Shown here one piece after another: positions 38,707 through 42,846 of a stretch of DNA of 42,846 nt. Each line of letters begins with the position of its first letter. Within the stretch, counting starts at the first letter, position 1. The DNA lies in assembly GCA_001662655.1 (NCBI GenBank), contig KV460269.1. One strand, 5' to 3'. This DNA is from Pseudogymnoascus verrucosus (Eukaryota). The position numbers were made by a program, and so were the translations under genes. Below the pieces are notes generated by a model. That model was not told where the DNA came from, made no database searches, and saw nothing but the letters and a program-made list of their open reading frames with translations.

Positions 38707-39908
38707 ATGCCTAAAGCAATAGTAATGGATGAGCAGCCTGGGAAACCAGGAAAAGTCTACTGGCCGTATGTCCCCTGTTGCTCCTGCCACTCACAAACTA
38801 ACTTCCCTCAGGCTCAAATCCATCACCGTCCCCCTTCCAACCCCCGGACCCAACGAGGTAGTTGTTCGCATACTCTGCGCAGCTCTTAACCACCGTGACC
38901 TTTTCGCGCGGCAAAAGCTCTACCGCGGTGCAGCAGGAAACATCCCCATCCTCGCAGATGGCTGCGGCATCGTCGTGTCAGCCGGCTCATCCGACAATGA
39001 GAAAAAGTGGCAAGGGAAACGAGTGCTAATTGCACCGGCGAGAGGGTGGAACGCTGATCTTAGGGGCCCAGAGAGGGAATTTGCGATTCTGGGGGGCACG
39101 AAGCAGTATCCTGATGGTACTTGCCAAGAATTCATCTGTGTCCCCTCTTCCCAGGTCCTCGCCTGCCCACCGCATCTGTCCGATGCCGAAGCAGCTGCCA
39201 TTCCTCTCGCAGCTCTAACTGCCTGGCGTGCAACAATGGTGAAGGCTGTTGTTTCTTCAGGGCAACGCGTGCTCGTCACTGGCATTGGTGGAGGCGTCGC
39301 GTTATTTGCTTTGCAATTTGCCGTTGCTGCTGGGGCAGAGGTGTGGGTTACGAGTGGCTCCGCAGAGAAGGTTGCCAGGGCCGTTGAGTTGGGGGCGAAG
39401 GGAGGAGTGAGTTATAAAGAGAAGGACTGGGCACAGAAGTTGTTAAAGCATACGAGTAAGGGGGGGAAAAGTGGGCTGTTCGATGCGGTAATTGATGGCG
39501 CAGGCGGAGATGTGATCACAGCGGCAGTCGTTTTGCTGCGAACCGGGGGGATTGTGGCGAGTTATGGAATGACTGTGGGTCCAAAGGTGGTTTTTCCTAT
39601 GCCGGCGGTGATGAAGAATATTGAGGTGCGTTTATTTCTTTGTTTCCTTCTCCTTCTTCCATGTCGTATTTTTATAAAGACATTGCCAATGTTGACAACA
39701 TTTCCACTCACAGATGCGTGGCTCCACAATGGGCTCACTCGCCGAACTGGCCGATGCCGTACGCTATATTTCTTCGAAACGTATCGTACCCGTGGTTGAT
39801 TCTGTGCACTCGCTACCTAACATCGAGGATGCGTTTGATGTTATGAAAGTGGGCAGGAATTTTGGGAAGATTGTGGTGAGGGTGCAGCAGGAAAGCGCAA
39901 AAATCTGA
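38707..39908 (+). CDS. Medium-chain dehydrogenase/reductase (quinone/enoyl reductase-like), C-terminal PTS1-type AKI
   Basis: Introns 38766-38811 and 39626-39713; ALNHRD, ADGCG, AAAIPLAALTAWRA, Rossmann VTGIGGGVA, GSTMGS, FGKIVV. The classical ADH GHE and structural Zn Cys lobe are absent. Confidence 0.9.
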
Positions 39909-40156
39909 TGCGAATTGATAGATTGTGAGATATTGTCTCAGAGGGCGGATGGCCCACAGGACAGCATAGGGAAGATCAAAGAAGCGATACAAGGCTTAAT
40001 TAGTAGGAGTCGACTTTCCAGTAGCTAGTCATTTGCTATCCATTTTATATACTGCCAGATACTAAACAGAATACTCCATGAAAGTTCCATGAAAATTCTA
40101 AGAAGATTATAATGGAGACTTATCACCCTCGCATTGATTATATGCTAAATACTATA

Positions 40157-41277
40157 CTAATGTGCTACAAGTCCGCCATCGATACACAAATCCGTACCCG
40201 TCGTGTACGCACTCGCCTCGCTCAGTAACAGGACCACCGCACCCTTCAGGTCCCGACGGTCGCCAAGTTTACGCATCGGCACGTTTTCTTCGATTTCAGC
40301 GATCACATTAGGACGCTGGTCGATGTTGCGGATGGTCATATCGGTTAGGATATATCTTTTCGGCGCCATGTATTAACTTCTGTGACTCATATTTCTGTTG
40401 TTGTCTCTTCTACCTTGAACAGCCAAGAAGGATTACCATTGTTACCAAAAAGAATGAAGAAAATGCAGAAGGAAGAAAGAAAATAAAAAAAGACAAACGA
40501 ACCCAGGACTAATCGAGTTTACACGGATATTCCATGGGATCAACTCATCAGCCATTGCTCGCGTCATCGCCAGCACACCACCTTTCGTCGCGCAGTACCC
40601 AGCAATCAACTTCCCAGGCACAGCGCAGTGTGCTCCGACCGAAGCAACGGTCAGGATAGAGCCGCCGGTGCCTTGGGCTTTCATGTGTTTGGCTGCTATT
40701 TGCACGGTGAGAAATGTGCCGAGGACCTATTTGATATTAGAGGATGCTCGTGGGGTCTTGATATATTTCACTGAAGGATGAAAGAATAGACAAAGGATTG
40801 ATCGGGTGCGATGTACATTAACCATAAGCAGAGATTTCAGTTCCTCCGTCGTCGTCTCGAGGAATGGCTTCTCCATACCAATTCCCGCTGCTGTGATACT
40901 TTCGCATTCGTTAGCACACCTCCATCAACTTTCTGGGAAACCTCTCACCAACAATCCACACTCCCGAAATCTCTCTTCACATTCTCAAACGCTGCCTCTA
41001 GCCCTGCCGCATCGGTGACATCAACATTGTACAACTTTGCCTTAGCACCGCACTCGGATTCTAGCAGCGCAAAGTCCGAGTGGGGTGTGTCCAGACGGTC
41101 GAAGGCGGCAATGTTGGCGCCTACTTCGGCACAGGCTCTGGCAAAGGAGAGGCCGAGGCCACGCGCACCGCCGGTGATGACTACGGTTTTGGAGGCGAGA
41201 GAGAGAAGCTGGGAGACATGCGTTTTGCGGTATGCGTCCATGTCCACAACAACTTTCGGGGAAGCGGGGGACGGCAT
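40157..41277 (-). CDS. Classical short-chain dehydrogenase/reductase (sorbose reductase/arabinitol dehydrogenase-like clade)
   Basis: Four exons; TGGARGLG, DVTD, ITAAGI, catalytic S and YCATK, IRVNSISPG|YILTDMT, DGG. Confidence 0.9.
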
Positions 41278-41775
41278 TATGATGGATATGGCTAGAAGGG
41301 CCAGAGAATGGATTCGTTTGCTGAAATGAGTATAGAAGAGGGAGATGAGATATTGAAATCGAGATAGAACCGTACAGAGAAGATACCCACTTTACTACGT
41401 AAACCTTGGCTCAGGACTTACCCCGTAGTGCCGATGTCCCGCGCTAAGTTTTATCACATTTCCGTATGCTCTTGTGCTCGGCTATAAGTTGGGTAGTTGG
41501 TGGTTATCTGCGATGTTGTTTGGGGTTGAGATGCCGATTGCAACAGGGGATGACTGGAAGGACGGCCTACCAATCATTTAGAATGTGGAGAACCCCACCC
41601 ACCATCCGACATAGTGTGGGGAAACGCAACCCCCCTTGCGACCTTACAGTAGCTGTATACAATCTTATAATCTTAACATAGCTATAGAACATGGCACTTT
41701 TGCAATCAAACATCCATACCAAAGATACTTTAAGGGATATCGCAAAGATATTGCTTCAGCTTGTCATTCTCTACA

Positions 41776-42714
41776 ATGTCGTCTCTCTCACCAACCTCTC
41801 CCCCCCCGGCTCAGTCCCATGCTCTCCTCTCCTATCCCAGCCCCTCAATCCTCCTCGTCACTCTCAACCGACCCCTGGCCATGAATGCTCTTCCGTTCCA
41901 AGCACACTGGGACCTCTCTGAACTCTGGTCCTGGTTCGACGACTCCCCCACTCTCCTCGTCGCCATCCTCACCGGCGCCGGTTCCGCCTTCTGCGCCGGC
42001 CAAGACCTGAAAGAAGTCCAAGCTAACCGACTGCAACCACCCTCTCAGCCATATCTTAAAGGAAGGCCGCCGTCTGGATTTGGCGGAATGAGCCAGCGGA
42101 AGGGGAGGAAACCGATTATTGCCGCTGTGAACGGAGTTGCGTTTGGAGGAGGGTTCGAGATGTGTTTAAATTGGTGAGTTGAAATCGGATAGACAGAATC
42201 CAACTGTACAGTCTCTGTTGCTGTGGGATTGCTATATATTTGAAAGGGAGGCTGACACATCGTTTGGTATAGTGATATCGTCATCGCAAGCCCACGCGCA
42301 CAATTCGCGCTGCCGGAAGCCCGACGCGGACTCTATGCCTCTGCAGGCGGTCTACCGCGCCTCGTGCACGGTGCTGGGATACAAATTGCATCAGAAATTG
42401 CCCTGACGGGGCGGTCAATCTCAGCCGAAGAAGGAATCCGATGGCTATTCGTGAACCGGATATCTAAAAGCCAAGAGACGCTATTGGAGGAGGCTATCAC
42501 GCTGGGCCGGGAGATTGCGCGGTTGAGTCCGGATGCGGTGATTGCAACTCGTGGAGGGCTGAGAGATGCGCATGAGATGGCAGGATTAGAGGAGACATGG
42601 GCGAGAACAAAGGAGAGGTATGAGAAGAAGTTGTATGGTGCACCGAATATGCTAGAAGGGTTGGCTGCGTTTATGGGCAAGCGGGAGCCGAAGTGGGTTG
42701 TGTCTAATTTATAG
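41776..42714 (+). CDS. Enoyl-CoA hydratase/crotonase (SidH/CaiD-like), C-terminal PTS1-like SNL
   Basis: Intron 42174-42272; TLNRP, AFCAGQDLKE, KPIIAAVNGVAFGGGFE, FALPEARRG (both catalytic Glu present), EGLAAFMGKREPKW. Confidence 0.92.
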
Positions 42715-42846
42715 TTAAGGGGAAGAAGTGCGTAGATGGGGAGCAAATTTGAGTTTAATTATATCCTGAACTTTGAATAAAATCAAGCGAGATTTTCTCT
42801 CAGTCAACCCTCAGGGGGACTAAAACAGTGTTGCCCGAGTACTACT

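Noticed and set aside
35741..42714. Fusarinine siderophore (SidI/SidH/SidF/SidD) cluster
   Set aside because: The crotonase is SidH-like, but the ligase is AACS-type and no NRPS, transacylase, ornithine monooxygenase or siderophore transporter is in the window

Overview
Intron-containing filamentous ascomycete (Pezizomycotina, probably Leotiomycete-like) genomic DNA. Introns are short, GT-AG, with CTAAC/CTGAC branch points. The left ~27 kb is a compact housekeeping block: LRO1-type PDAT, MAK3/NAA30, a DUF1917 protein, DPH7, a Zn2Cys6 TF, a small membrane protein, SEC24, COG6, a SAP1/YTA6-type AAA ATPase, mitochondrial uS17, NDUFA13/GRIM-19 and TRM10. The right ~15 kb looks accessory: an apparently chimeric C2H2+Zn2Cys6 TF carrying a fossil second Zn cluster, a HeLo-like/NACHT/ankyrin NLR-type receptor, and a four-enzyme group in two divergent pairs (acetoacetyl-CoA synthetase-like ligase, MDR reductase, SDR, SidH/CaiD-like crotonase). 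Three of the four enzymes end in PTS1-type tripeptides (ARL, AKI, SNL), one shared promoter has FarA-type CCTCGG sites, and both share a TACCCCG motif. The best candidate for an undescribed system is therefore a peroxisomal acyl-CoA pathway cluster. All gene models were spliced by eye and family calls rest on motif recognition, not database searches. No RNA genes, CRISPR arrays or intact mobile elements were seen.
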